From a bacterium (GTDB taxonomy: Bacteria > Electryoneota > JAOADG01), in assembly GCA_963681965.1 (NCBI GenBank), contig OY820579.1, positions 2,464,001 through 2,528,000 on the forward strand: 64,000 bases of DNA, read 5' to 3'. Shown one piece after another: positions 1-10,740 of the stretch (position 1 is its first letter; every line of letters begins with the position of its first letter). A program made the position numbers and the translations under genes. The notes under the pieces are model-generated. The model made no database searches. It was not told where the DNA came from and was given only the letters and a program-made list of their open reading frames with translations.

Positions 1-1122
1 TTTCAGAGTCGCATTGTGTTTTCCGTAAGTTGCATCGACATTGGCGGTGATATTTTTGAGTGGAGGAAAATACGAATCTTTCAGAATTAGTGTGCCACTA
101 ATGGCGAAATCGGAGACAATATTGTAAATCGTTCCGATGGCTGAAGCCGTTAAATTGGTTGAATCGATCGAAGAAATGAATGGAGCAATATTGATGTTTT
201 CGATCTTGGCATCATAATCGATGTTTTCCAATTTTCCATCGGGATTTTTCAAGAACAAGTTGATCGATTGACCGGGTAGATAGGCATTAACCAGTGTTGT
301 CAAGCCATTTGGGGTATTCGAACCATTAAAATCGATTGCGAGTGGCATTGTAATCGTCCACTTGTTAACAAATCGTCGAATAGTAGAATCGGGAATCGTG
401 AGATCGCCATTGAATGTACCCTGTGGGGGAGATTTCGCTAAATTGACTTTCGCACTACTGATACTGAGTGCCACTTGCGGCATGTTAAGATGGAAGTACT
501 CGAGCGACATCCGGTCGCGAAGGTATAGGTATGTTCTGGCACGAAGAGTGATCGGTGCGTGATCAAGTTGCAGCGATTTATTTAAAGATTGGACAGTAAC
601 ATAAGAGTTCTGAATCGAGAAATTACCCACCGCGATTCGTTTAAGCGGAAAATCGCTCTTTTTCTTCGTTGAATCGGGTTTAATAGCTGTCTGTGGTTTT
701 GCTGATTTGGTAAATAATGCGGCAATATTCCAGTGCGTGCTATCTTGTTGCAGGTGCAATCGAACACCGCGCAGTAATAGATATTGGATGTTGAGATGCT
801 TGCGCAATAACGACCAGACTTGTACGCGAAATTGGATTGTATCGCATGCGATGATCGTATCGGAGCCACTTGTCCAGCGAAGATTATAGATTTCCAACAT
901 CGGAAATTGACTGGTTCGTACTTTGGCAATCGTACAGTTACCGTTTCCGGCACTAGAGATGCCATCACCGATTAATTTTGCGATTTTGTGTTGTCCGTAT
1001 GGGGAAACAATCAATAAGTACACGATTAATGATATCAACGCAGAGACCAGCGATAACCACTTCACTACATCGACAATTTGGAGTAGCGTATAGAGCAGAC
1101 GTGCAGAAATCCGCTTTATCAT
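1..1122 (-). CDS. TamB/AsmA-like translocation and assembly module protein (5' part; runs off window start)
   Basis: Manual translation from ATG at 1122, which overlaps the stop of the Omp85 gene: MIKRISARLLYTLLQIVDVVKWLSLVSALISLIVYLLIVSPYGQ...WSLLRKHLNIQYLLLRGVRLHL. N-terminal TM anchor plus AsmA-like beta repeats, directly downstream of an Omp85 gene. Confidence 0.75.
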   Translation of the reverse strand, partial: MIKRISARLLYTLLQIVDVVKWLSLVSALISLIVYLLIVSPYGQHKIAKLIGDGISSAGNGNCTIAKVRTSQFPMLEIYNLRWTSGSDTIIACDTIQFRVQVWSLLRKHLNIQYLLLRGVRLHLQQDSTHWNIAALFTKSAKPQTAIKPDSTKKKSDFPLKRIAVGNFSIQNSYVTVQSLNKSLQLDHAPITLRARTYLYLRDRMSLEYFHLNMPQVALSISSAKVNLAKSPPQGTFNGDLTIPDSTIRRFVNKWTITMPLAIDFNGSNTPNGLTTLVNAYLPGQSINLFLKNPDGKLENIDYDAKIENINIAPFISSIDSTNLTASAIGTIYNIVSDFAISGTLILKDSYFPPLKNITANVDATYGKHNATLK

Positions 1123-2993
1123 ATTGCTTCTCCGATTGCCAGAATAAACTGGGGCGATTCCGGTTTACCGGATGCACGGAATGGATTGTCGCGTGTCTGC
1201 CATCCGATATCGAAGCGGAAAGGACCGATGGGGGTATGCAATCGAACACCAGTACCAACTGTGGTCATCAAAGGCCATTTCCCGAACGATTGATATTTTG
1301 ACCAGACATTACCCGCATCGATGAAATTCGCCCACCATAGCGGACCCCAGACTTTTGCCCGAATTTCAAATGCTCCTGCCAGCATTGCCTGACCACCGAT
1401 CGACACTTCTTTGTTGTTAATGGTTCCCCGCGGGGAGAGCGAATTACGCGCCCAACCACGCATTAAACCTGAACCTCCAAGGTAAAACAAGTCTTCGGAA
1501 TTGGGAGGTGGAGGAGCGCCATTCGGGAAGATCGATCCGGCTTCGAAACGAGTTGCGTAAGTTAACTTACGGTCAAAAGTAATCGCATAATTACCGTAGC
1601 ATTTAAACTTGTAAAATCGGTAGGTATTGCGAAATAACACGCCCGATACCGATAATTCCGGCGAGAAGATTCCACCTTCGGTCGATTCGAATGGATCCTT
1701 GCGGAAGTCGTATAACCCGGTAACCGTATACAAGTCGCGATTGTTCAGGATATTTTGTTGATCAGTCGTGAGTGAAGCATCACGATGATTGGTCGTGTCG
1801 AATTTCCAACTGCGTTGCAAGTCTTGCGAGAACGAAACCGACCACCATTGACCGCTGAGGAAATTCACGGTTTGCTTACTGCCGATCGCATTGAAACTGA
1901 ATTCCCAACTCCGCTTGGCATAGGGTGCAACCACAAATTCCGAACCGGGACCGATGGCATGTGGAAATGAGACTGAAACAGCGCCGAATGTTTGTAAATA
2001 GGAGGCGCTACCGCTGATTTTCAGGGTACGTCCGCTACCCAAAATGAATCGGTCAGTTAGTTCGCCAAGTCCTTCCCACTGCTGTTCCCAATTTTTATCA
2101 GTCACCCAAGCAGCACCGAATTTTGCCTGCCACCGGTTTGCTTCGACGACACGAATGCGAATTGGCAAGCGATCGCTTTTCACCGATGTATCGGCGACCA
2201 AATCGATGCTGCGAAACACGTTCCGTGAATAGAGAATGCGTCGCGATCGTTCGATCAGCGAAGTTGAGTATTGCAGACCCGGTTTCGTGAGAAGATCGGC
2301 AGTGACGTCTTTCGGTTTCAGACAAGTCAAGCCTTGGACTGAGGCGGTATCGAATTGACAGATATTGCCGGCATTGACATGCAGCGATAAATCGACTCCC
2401 AGCGAATCTGGCTGCCAATTTACTTCCGAAGTTACCTTCGCTCGAGCATAACCATGACTCAAGTAAATCATGTGCAGCGAATCGACTGCTTGTTGCAACT
2501 CGATTTCGCGATATCGTCGTCCGCGAGTTAATGATAAATATCGCCGGAAACTCAGTGTGTCTTTGGCAGGGAGTTCAGTGGCATTGATCCAATACCGATT
2601 AGTTTTCGTACATTCACCCACTCGAATGTGATATACTGCCGATATTCGATCGTTTTTTTCGGGAAGCACCTCACCGCGAACAGTGATGTTGCGCCATCCT
2701 TCACGCCGTAAGAGATGATCGACACGAATCACATCGCGAGTAAAAGTCGGTGCATCGAAAATTGGTCGATCTTTCCAAAACAGCAGTTTGCCATACCACG
2801 GTGGCGGAGTTGTAGCGACATAAAGCCAAACCGTTGAAGCTGGGAGGGGAGATTGGTCAAGTTTCACGTCTTTTAGTTCGAAACCGTTGACCGCCGAAAA
2901 CTCGCGCGGAACTCGTTGTGCTATTGCCGATGCACACAATAATCCGAGAATAAATGCGAGAACCACGATCGATATCGTGCGTTTGGTGGTCAT
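1119..2993 (-). CDS. BamA/TamA (Omp85) family outer membrane protein
   Basis: Signal peptide, POTRA-like repeats, FYLGG...MRGW loop and C-terminal GVRLHTPIGPFRFDIG...FILAIGEAI barrel signature. Confidence 0.9.
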   Translation of the reverse strand: MTTKRTISIVVLAFILGLLCASAIAQRVPREFSAVNGFELKDVKLDQSPLPASTVWLYVATTPPPWYGKLLFWKDRPIFDAPTFTRDVIRVDHLLRREGWRNITVRGEVLPEKNDRISAVYHIRVGECTKTNRYWINATELPAKDTLSFRRYLSLTRGRRYREIELQQAVDSLHMIYLSHGYARAKVTSEVNWQPDSLGVDLSLHVNAGNICQFDTASVQGLTCLKPKDVTADLLTKPGLQYSTSLIERSRRILYSRNVFRSIDLVADTSVKSDRLPIRIRVVEANRWQAKFGAAWVTDKNWEQQWEGLGELTDRFILGSGRTLKISGSASYLQTFGAVSVSFPHAIGPGSEFVVAPYAKRSWEFSFNAIGSKQTVNFLSGQWWSVSFSQDLQRSWKFDTTNHRDASLTTDQQNILNNRDLYTVTGLYDFRKDPFESTEGGIFSPELSVSGVLFRNTYRFYKFKCYGNYAITFDRKLTYATRFEAGSIFPNGAPPPPNSEDLFYLGGSGLMRGWARNSLSPRGTINNKEVSIGGQAMLAGAFEIRAKVWGPLWWANFIDAGNVWSKYQSFGKWPLMTTVGTGVRLHTPIGPFRFDIGWQTRDNPFRASGKPESPQFILAIGEAI

Positions 2994-3433
2994 AGCGATA
3001 TTGATTTGATCAAACTAACACTCGTACTCTGATTTGTAAGTATTTAATATACAATACATAATAATAATCAAGATTCATACTGTACCGGAAACTAAACCTG
3101 AAATATACAATCGATAATGCTTGGGAAAAACCATCTTGCACTTTCTTATACGAATGTAACCGAAAATTGATCCCAGAAGTATACCGATCAGAGTCAAATC
3201 ACCCATAGAATAGTACCGGATCGATCATTTCGTTATCGACGTTGAATTCAATGGACAAATACAATTCAAAATTCATTTTCTTTCACACCGATAGGAAGCT
3301 GTGAAACCTCGGTGAATATCACTGTAGAGCTGTGCTCGTTACCACTCCTAGGTTTGGTGTGAAGCAGGATTTAGCGATTTTCAGGTTAGTTGACATCGTA
3401 TATTATTTGTGAACGAGTAGACTGGAGGCTGAA

Positions 3434-5065
3434 ATGTCCACATACCCTGAACAGTCTGAACTTGACACGATCGAGTTGCATACCGATTGGCTTGATGAAA
3501 TCCGCGAAATCCAATCGCTCATTGTGTATAATCGCTTAAATGACGCGAATTTGCGTCTGGAACAATTGAGTGAGGCGATCGAACCGACTCAGGATCCGGA
3601 GTGGTTGGCTCGATTATATAACATTATCGGCTTGTATCTAGATCGCGTAAGTCGTCACGAAGAAGCGCAATCCCGCTATTTTCAAGCTTTGGAATTAGTT
3701 GAAGAACTCGAAAATCCGCGCTTGAATGCGACCACATACCGCAATTTAGCCACTTCTTTTATCTATAGTGCTCGTTATAACGAAGCGTTCGGATATTTTG
3801 ACCGAGCGTTGAAGATTGTTCGCGAGTTGGATGATAAAGAGGTGATTGCAGCAATTCTAACCAACATGTCGCATCTGCATCGGATAGAGGGATACTTCGA
3901 TCAAGCGCTTACCTTGAATGAAGAAGCACTGGCGCTATCGCGGGAACTCGGAAATCGACAAGGGGAAGGGTGCGTTCTTCACAATATCGGTACCGGTTAT
4001 TTCGAACAGGGCAAAATCGATCAAGCAACAGAGTATTTTCGGCAATCGACTGAGATCTTTACCGAATTGGGAATGATTGAAACAGCATCGTCGGTTCGAT
4101 GCGATTTAGCGAAAGTGTTGCAAGCGCAAGGTGAATACGACAGTGCCTTGGTTGAGATGGAGCTTGCAATTAAACAGGCGCGCGATTGCGGTGTTACGCG
4201 CAATGAATCGTATGCGTTGAGTGCACGAGCATTTCTGTTTGCGACAATCTCCGAGTTTGGACAAGCTGAGTTAGATGTCCAAGCGGCTCTGGCGATTCAA
4301 CGTCAGGATAAGAATACTCGCTTCGAAGCAATTTCACTGGGCATCTACGGTTTTATCAGTTTCTACCGGGGAGAAATCGAAACATCCGAATGGTATCTAC
4401 AGCAATCGATCGATTTATCACTCAAGATCGGCGATCTTCGTAGTTATGCTCTAACCACTAATTATCTAGCACAATTGTATCAGTCCGTAGGGATGCGCGA
4501 CAAAGCATATCATCTTTATCATCAAGCGCTGGAGAAATTCCGGAGCGAGCGCCTGGAGATGTCGGAAGTCAGGGTGTTATGTCAACTGGCAGTATGGCAT
4601 GCCGAAGAGGGGGATACTACCGAAGCGCGCTGGCAATTCGAACAAGTGATAGCGAAGTGTCGAAAGCTACCAATCCATAACAGTCTATTCGAAAATTTGA
4701 CGCAATATGCTGCATTTCTGATTAAAATTGGCGAACTGGATGAGGCGCAACGACTCCTTGACGAGGCGGCGAGAAATGAACCGGATCACCGGATTATGGT
4801 GACTTTGCAATATCGCGTAGTACTGTTGCATTTTCGAGTAGCAGAATTTCTGATGCATCACAACGGCGATTCGCTTGCTCGTCAATTCCAAAACAGTTCA
4901 CAGAACAGCGAATTTGCAAAGAAGTATCTCGATCTCGTGCGCGAGTTTGAGCGTCGTAAATTGGGGGCAAAGAATCCAATTTCAGCGAGTTTTCAGGTTT
5001 TGCGGAATCTCCTTCTACAACTCCATGTACCTGCCATATTCCTGCCTAATCCGAAGCAATGGTAA
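3434..5065 (+). CDS. Tetratricopeptide repeat protein
   Basis: Multiple TPR/MalT-like repeats (e.g. ALTLNEEALALSRELGNRQGEGCVLHNIG); GGAGG RBS upstream. Confidence 0.85.
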   Translation: MSTYPEQSELDTIELHTDWLDEIREIQSLIVYNRLNDANLRLEQLSEAIEPTQDPEWLARLYNIIGLYLDRVSRHEEAQSRYFQALELVEELENPRLNATTYRNLATSFIYSARYNEAFGYFDRALKIVRELDDKEVIAAILTNMSHLHRIEGYFDQALTLNEEALALSRELGNRQGEGCVLHNIGTGYFEQGKIDQATEYFRQSTEIFTELGMIETASSVRCDLAKVLQAQGEYDSALVEMELAIKQARDCGVTRNESYALSARAFLFATISEFGQAELDVQAALAIQRQDKNTRFEAISLGIYGFISFYRGEIETSEWYLQQSIDLSLKIGDLRSYALTTNYLAQLYQSVGMRDKAYHLYHQALEKFRSERLEMSEVRVLCQLAVWHAEEGDTTEARWQFEQVIAKCRKLPIHNSLFENLTQYAAFLIKIGELDEAQRLLDEAARNEPDHRIMVTLQYRVVLLHFRVAEFLMHHNGDSLARQFQNSSQNSEFAKKYLDLVREFERRKLGAKNPISASFQVLRNLLLQLHVPAIFLPNPKQW

Positions 5066-5110
5066 CGAAATAAATGCTAAAATAAACGTAAAAGAAAGCA
5101 GATAGAGTGG

Positions 5111-5212
5111 TTCTCGAAAATAAGTTGTCATGATTCGGTGTCAGGCTTCGCCTGACCTGCGGGCGGACGCGGGGGTCCGCCCCTACTACCGATAACAACT
5201 TATTTTGAAGAG
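5111..5212. repeat. REP/BIME-like composite palindromic element, copy 1
   Basis: Terminal IR AAAATAAGTTGT...ACAACTTATTTT encloses hairpins ending in CCCCTAC (GTAG on the other strand); a similar copy lies at ~29359-29452. Confidence 0.7.
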
Positions 5213-5317
5213 ATTCTATAGTACTAAGAAAAATTGCGAGAAGATTACGGGAAAAAAGCGGGCGGACTCTAAAGTCCGCCCTTGCTGCTATCGATAACTA
5301 AGATCAAACCTCAATAC

Positions 5318-6472
5318 TCAATTCGAGTATACAATCGTTTTCGTCTGATTGTCGACCATCGGCAAAGTAAAGCTCCAGAGTTTATTCGGAATATCCCACT
5401 GCTCTATTCGACCATACACATAGGTTGTTGAATAGTGGGCATCGTAGTATCCCAACGGATAAGTGATTCCATTGGGTGGAATAGACACGTTTTCAATCTG
5501 TTCGTTGGAGTGATTGTAATTCACCCGGAATTGATCGAAATCGGCATCGTAACTGTTGTTCTTCACCGACAGGAAGAAATAGTCTTCCGGGATATAAAAA
5601 TTATACCGTAATGAGCTGCTTGATCCGACATCCACCACTTCATCGACACTCATCGCCAGACCGAGGAGATTTCCCGATTCGGTTCGCGCGGCAGATTCCG
5701 CTTCCACCCGGATCGATTCGGGACGGTAGCTGAAATGATAAACGGTACTTGCGCCAGATCCAACGGTGCGGGTTTCGTGATCGATTGTCACTTCAGTTTT
5801 GTAGGGTGCATCATTGTGGAAGGTAAAATCAAAACCGTGACTTTCGCTTCCGACTGTCAAGTATACTCGTTGATTCGACCGATTGGAAAGATAAAAATCG
5901 GAACCTTGGCGCCATAACTTCGCACTCGGATATCCGGACAGGAAATGCGCGTACACGAGGGTATTCTGATTGCCGGGATAGTATCCCAATACGGTCCGGC
6001 TGCTGAATGCAGGGATGTAAACATCCACGACCGTCTCTTCGCAATCCTGATAATTGACTTTCACATAGTCGATCGAATGCGCAGTATTGTTGGTGATCGA
6101 GAGGTGAAAGTACGATTGATCGGAATTAACGACATAGCGTGTTCCACCGTAGCTGGAAAGATAAACGCTGCCATACACAGGAATCGAGTAACCGATTCGT
6201 TGATGACAATCGTTGACAGCAACGATTGATCCGGAAATCGATACCCGACCGGGATCGTCGTCATATTGAACGACCACTGAATCCTCGGCATCGATCGTAA
6301 TACTCCGCTCGTGTCCGATAGCGATATCGGCTCGACCGAGGGAGTTGTTGACGATGGTCAGGCTATAGGGTTCGTCTACGGGTCCGTTAGGACTGTAGTG
6401 ATCGCTTAACATACAGCCACTGAAAAAGACTGTTGCAAGCAGCAGGGAAAGGGATATGAGTCGCATGGTCAA
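5318..6472 (-). CDS. Putative lipoprotein with two internally duplicated beta-rich domains
   Basis: Lipobox FFSGC; two homologous halves (YFHLSITNN...LGYY...KLW and YFFLSVKNN...LGYY...KLW). Confidence 0.75.
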   Translation of the reverse strand: MTMRLISLSLLLATVFFSGCMLSDHYSPNGPVDEPYSLTIVNNSLGRADIAIGHERSITIDAEDSVVVQYDDDPGRVSISGSIVAVNDCHQRIGYSIPVYGSVYLSSYGGTRYVVNSDQSYFHLSITNNTAHSIDYVKVNYQDCEETVVDVYIPAFSSRTVLGYYPGNQNTLVYAHFLSGYPSAKLWRQGSDFYLSNRSNQRVYLTVGSESHGFDFTFHNDAPYKTEVTIDHETRTVGSGASTVYHFSYRPESIRVEAESAARTESGNLLGLAMSVDEVVDVGSSSSLRYNFYIPEDYFFLSVKNNSYDADFDQFRVNYNHSNEQIENVSIPPNGITYPLGYYDAHYSTTYVYGRIEQWDIPNKLWSFTLPMVDNQTKTIVYSN

Positions 6473-6816
6473 CTCCTCTAATTGAACTCATCGTGGTAAC
6501 GAACGAACTGAATGAACCGATTAATGTTGTTCGAACATTGGAACTGCTACGATCGCATGAATTCAAATATGGTGTTGCTCCATTTAAGTATCGATTATAC
6601 GATTACTGGTTCGGTCAAGTTCCCGATATGATTTCGATTGACAAGATAAAACCAATATCGATCAGCTATGAGATGGAAAAGTATTTCGTTCTCACTAGTA
6701 TGATTGCATCAAGAAATAATCGGTTTAATCACTCCACTCCGATGTTTTTTGTTGTGAGAAATCTTATATTTGAAGTCGTACACAATGAATTAACGATTCC
6801 GCGAAGGAGATAGCGC

Positions 6817-7194
6817 ATGTTATCGAATTTATTCTGGATATACCTGATCAATCTGATTCTGCTGATTGTTCATGAAATCGATTCCGCCTATTGGCAAGAG
6901 TGGAAACTGTTTCATTTGCCGGGCGGTATTCAAGCGTTTGTGCTGTTGCATATCCCCTTGCTGTTCATCTTGCTGCTCGGTTTGATCGGAGTGTATGAAC
7001 GGTGGCAAATCGGATTGGTACTATCATTTGCCGAGGCGATTGCGGGCATTGCAGCTTTCGCGATCCATCAATGGTTTTTGCATAAAGGGCATTCGGAATT
7101 CAATAATTCTGTTTCGCGCGGTGTGTTGTGGTTATTGCTCATTGTATCGCTGGGGCAGATCGCAATGACATCGACGATGCTGCAAAGATACTAG
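6817..7194 (+). CDS. Small integral membrane protein (HEIDSAYWxEW motif family)
   Basis: Four hydrophobic helices, AGGAG RBS. Confidence 0.75.
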   Translation: MLSNLFWIYLINLILLIVHEIDSAYWQEWKLFHLPGGIQAFVLLHIPLLFILLLGLIGVYERWQIGLVLSFAEAIAGIAAFAIHQWFLHKGHSEFNNSVSRGVLWLLLIVSLGQIAMTSTMLQRY

Positions 7195-7267
7195 TGTGGG
7201 AAATGTAAGTGAAAATGAAAACGTGACCCGATCGAGTCCCGTTCGATGTATGCAAGATGGTGTATGA

Positions 7268-7882
7268 CTAGTCGAACAGATACGATACCGAAAGCATGAT
7301 GCCATTCGATTTGAACGTCACTCCGGAGGCAGAACTCTCATTGGCGAGTCCCATTGTATACCGTAATTCAGGAACAATCGAACCCTTCGTTAATTTATAA
7401 GTAGAACCGGCGCCAAGATTCAGATAAATGAATGAACTCTGATAGTCCTGAATGGAACCACCACTCTTCCAGTCGGCGCTCGAATTCAAATCAAGTTCGA
7501 GTCCGCCAGATAAGAAGATCGGATTTTTATCGTAATCGCTTATTTGGCATTGTACCGACGGTGCGATTGCAAAATTCGAGATTTCGGCTTCTTCGGAAAA
7601 TGTAACCCCACTGACTTTACCACTCATTTTGCTGCCACGACCGATGATCATCACATCGCCGGCAAACGACCAAATCTTGTTAATCGGTTTTCGAGTTGTG
7701 AGACCAAATGCGAATTTAGCAACGCTTTCGTTACTGATGTCGGTCCATCCGTCCATCGTAAGTTTTGCGTTGGAGATGTTCAAACCAGCTTTCACGCCAA
7801 ACGACCATTTCGAAGGAGTTTCGGCATAAGCTGAAACCGTCATAAGTAAGAGAAACATCAAAGCGATCGATTTACGAATCAT
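7268..7882 (-). CDS. Outer membrane beta-barrel protein (PorT/porin-like family)
   Basis: Signal peptide, FGVKAGLNIS start, ELRYTMGL, C-terminal SVSYLF. Confidence 0.8.
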   Translation of the reverse strand: MIRKSIALMFLLLMTVSAYAETPSKWSFGVKAGLNISNAKLTMDGWTDISNESVAKFAFGLTTRKPINKIWSFAGDVMIIGRGSKMSGKVSGVTFSEEAEISNFAIAPSVQCQISDYDKNPIFLSGGLELDLNSSADWKSGGSIQDYQSSFIYLNLGAGSTYKLTKGSIVPELRYTMGLANESSASGVTFKSNGIMLSVSYLFD

Positions 7883-8315
7883 GAATGACTCCTGTGAAGA
7901 TAGATGAACAGATTAACAGCCATCGAAAGTAACGAGAGAATTCGAACAACTCAACGATTGAAATCAAAATTGCTAATTTGAGTAGCGCGATTGCGACAAC
8001 TACGCTGCCGATGGACTGCGGTTGTAGGTAATTTTACACGAATCTTTACTGGTGGAATGCTGCGATTTCGAGCAAATTCAGGGAGGCGAGGCTTCTTACA
8101 CGAAGCAGGAAATGAGTGAATTTCGTTTTGATCTCATCGGAATCTTTCAATCTCTTGTTTATAGGTAACGTATTATCTTGCGATTATGTCCATATTTTCA
8201 CAAACTTTGCTGTATTTTCAAGTCTTTTCGCTACTTTGTCGCATTAAGCAAATTGGCAAAACCAGTTCGGAAAGTAGTATATTAATGTCTGTTTCTAGAA
8301 CGAAGTAGCCAATCC

Positions 8316-9200
8316 GTGAAGAATCTGCCAGAAAAATACACCATTGCCCTCGCCCAGATCGCCTCGAAAATCGGTGATCTGACTGCCAACCGCGATAAAC
8401 ATCTCGAGCTGATCGAGCAGGCGATTTCTTCCGGTGCATCGATGATTATCTTCCCCGAATTATCGCTTTCAGGATATTTGCTGCGCGATTTGGTCAGCGA
8501 TGTAGCACTGTCTGCTTCCGACGATTTTTTTGGACCGATTCGACGACTCAGCACCGATATTACGATTGTGTGCGGTGGCGTCGAGCTGTCGGATGATTTC
8601 AATTTGTACAACTCCGTTTTTGTATTCGAAGCCGGTCGACTTTTGCACATTCATCGGAAAGTGTATTTGCCGAATTACAGTGTGTTCGAAGAGAAACGGT
8701 TCTTTGGCGAAGGCGATCGCGTGCGGGCGTATCCGTCGCGACTCGGCACTCACGGTTGCCTAATTTGCAACGATATGTGGCACCCGTCGTTACTGTGGTT
8801 GTTGAATCTTCAGGGTGTGGAACTGGCAATTGTTCCGTCCGCCTCGCCGCTTCGCGGTTTAGGCGAGACCGAAGAAGCCGATTCCATGCGGGTTTGGCGA
8901 CTACTTTGCGAAACGGGGGCAAAATCGAATATTTTATATGTAGCTTTCGTCAACCAGATCGGTTGGCAAGACGGATTGTTCTTCTGGGGGAACTCGACGC
9001 TGTACGGTCCCAATGGCCGGGCAGTGGGGAGCGCGAGCCCCGAAACCGAAGAGTTGTTAGTGCTGGAAATCGATCGCGACTGGCTCCGCCGGGAACGAAT
9101 CGCAACACCACTTCGGAGAGACGAGCGGGTTGATTTGGTCGCCCGCGAATTAGCTTTCATCCGGTCTCGGCATCAAACCAAGCCAGCGCTTGACGTTTGA
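8316..9200 (+). CDS. Carbon-nitrogen hydrolase (nitrilase superfamily)
   Basis: Catalytic E-K-C triad motifs FPELSL, HRKVYLP, LICNDMW. Confidence 0.9.
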   Translation: MKNLPEKYTIALAQIASKIGDLTANRDKHLELIEQAISSGASMIIFPELSLSGYLLRDLVSDVALSASDDFFGPIRRLSTDITIVCGGVELSDDFNLYNSVFVFEAGRLLHIHRKVYLPNYSVFEEKRFFGEGDRVRAYPSRLGTHGCLICNDMWHPSLLWLLNLQGVELAIVPSASPLRGLGETEEADSMRVWRLLCETGAKSNILYVAFVNQIGWQDGLFFWGNSTLYGPNGRAVGSASPETEELLVLEIDRDWLRRERIATPLRRDERVDLVARELAFIRSRHQTKPALDV

Positions 9201-9275
9201 CCGGCACCCGTTGAAATTATCCAACATATTCTATCAGTTACGAACCTGAAAAGCAGGTTCATCTCGGAGGATAGC

Positions 9276-10571
9276 ATGGCATCTTATAAGACGCCGAGAG
9301 AGCATTCCAAGCAGACGATTAGCGCGTTTGACAATGCAAAGCGACAGTTTGACGCCGCCGCTCGGCAACTCGGCTTAACCGAAAACCAGATTGCAATGAT
9401 CAAAGAGCCGCGACGCGTTACCAAGGTTTCGCTCCCGGTGGCGATGGACGACGGTCGTATCGAAGTCTTCACCGCGTTCCGCGTTCAGCACAACATCGCT
9501 CGTGGACCGGCAAAGGGCGGCATTCGTTACAGCCCGATGGTCTGTGAAGACGAAGTGAAAGCATTGGCATTTTGGATGACTTACAAGTGCGCCGTTGTCG
9601 ACATCCCAATGGGTGGTGGCAAGGGTGGTATCATCTGCGACCCGAATCAATTGTCCCGCGGCGAACTCGAACGACTCTCCCGTCGTTACTTTGCCGAAAT
9701 GCACGATCTGTTTGGACCGGATCGCGACGTACCGGCACCGGACGTAAACACCACCAGCCAGATTATGGCATGGATGATGGATACGTATTCGATGCACGTC
9801 GGCAACAACACCCCCGCAGTGATCACCGGCAAGCCGTTGGAAATCGGTGGTAGCCGTGGTCGCGAGCAGGCGACTGCTCAGGGTATGGTGTTCTGCGTAT
9901 TGCAGGCTGCCAAGCACCTCAAGATCGACCTCAAGAAAGCGACTGTCGCAGTGCAGGGATACGGCAATGCCGGTTCCAACGCAGCGTTGTTGCTCGCCCG
10001 CGAAGGCTGCAAGATCATCGCCATCAGCGATGAATACGGCGCCTTCCACGACGAAAAGGGTATCGATCCCAAGCATGCGATCGACTATCGCAAAGCAAAC
10101 GGTGGCAAACTTTCCGGTTACGACAAAGTTTCCAGCGCCAAGCAGTTCAAGGATCCGATGGATCTGCTCGAGATGGAATGCGACATTTTGATCCCCGCCG
10201 CCATCGAAAACCAGATCACCGACGAGAACGCTGCTCGCATCAAGGCGAAGTTGATTGCCGAATGCGCCAACGGTCCGATCACCCCGGAAGCCGACGAAAT
10301 CATCGACAAGAAGGGCGTCATGGTCATTCCGGACATTCTTTGCAATGCCGGTGGCGTGACGGTTTCCTATTTCGAATGGGTTCAGAACCGCATGGGTTAC
10401 TACTGGACGGAAGAATACGTATTGCAAGAACTGAAGCGCTTTATGGACAAGGCGTTCCTCAGCGTATTGAACGTATCGATCGAACGCAAAGTCGACATGC
10501 GCATTGCCGCGTTCATGGTCTCGATTGACCGTGTTCGCACCGCAAGCGAATGGCGTGGCTTGTACCACTAG
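9276..10571 (+). CDS. gdhA: Glu/Leu/Phe/Val dehydrogenase (glutamate dehydrogenase)
   Basis: GPAKGGIR, GGGKGG, DVPAPD, VQGYGNAG, PDILCNAGGVTVSYFEWVQN motifs. Confidence 0.95.
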   Translation: MASYKTPREHSKQTISAFDNAKRQFDAAARQLGLTENQIAMIKEPRRVTKVSLPVAMDDGRIEVFTAFRVQHNIARGPAKGGIRYSPMVCEDEVKALAFWMTYKCAVVDIPMGGGKGGIICDPNQLSRGELERLSRRYFAEMHDLFGPDRDVPAPDVNTTSQIMAWMMDTYSMHVGNNTPAVITGKPLEIGGSRGREQATAQGMVFCVLQAAKHLKIDLKKATVAVQGYGNAGSNAALLLAREGCKIIAISDEYGAFHDEKGIDPKHAIDYRKANGGKLSGYDKVSSAKQFKDPMDLLEMECDILIPAAIENQITDENAARIKAKLIAECANGPITPEADEIIDKKGVMVIPDILCNAGGVTVSYFEWVQNRMGYYWTEEYVLQELKRFMDKAFLSVLNVSIERKVDMRIAAFMVSIDRVRTASEWRGLYH

Positions 10572-10593
10572 TATTTTCGGAAGTACCGAGAAG

Positions 10594-10624
10594 AACCGGC
10601 GAGGAGAAATCCTCGCCGGTTTTT
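10594..10624 (+). terminator. Rho-independent terminator after gdhA
   Basis: Hairpin AACCGGCGAGGA-GAAA-TCCTCGCCGGTT followed by a T run. Confidence 0.85.
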
Positions 10625-10740
10625 GTTTGTTGTTATTTGTAAAACAATTATAGGAACCATTGCAAAATCTCTAAATTAAATTTAAATTGTATTTATTATT
10701 GAAAGATTACTTATTCTATAAAAAGAAAAAAGGCAATGAA

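Noticed and set aside
6493-6813. 106-aa ORF
   Set aside because: No RBS or motif; lies in a divergent promoter region.
9375-10568. 397-aa antisense ORF opposite gdhA
   Set aside because: It is exactly in codon register with a strongly codon-biased gene and confined to it, so it is a typical shadow ORF. The 50341-53379 frame, by contrast, crosses several genes, registers and spacers.
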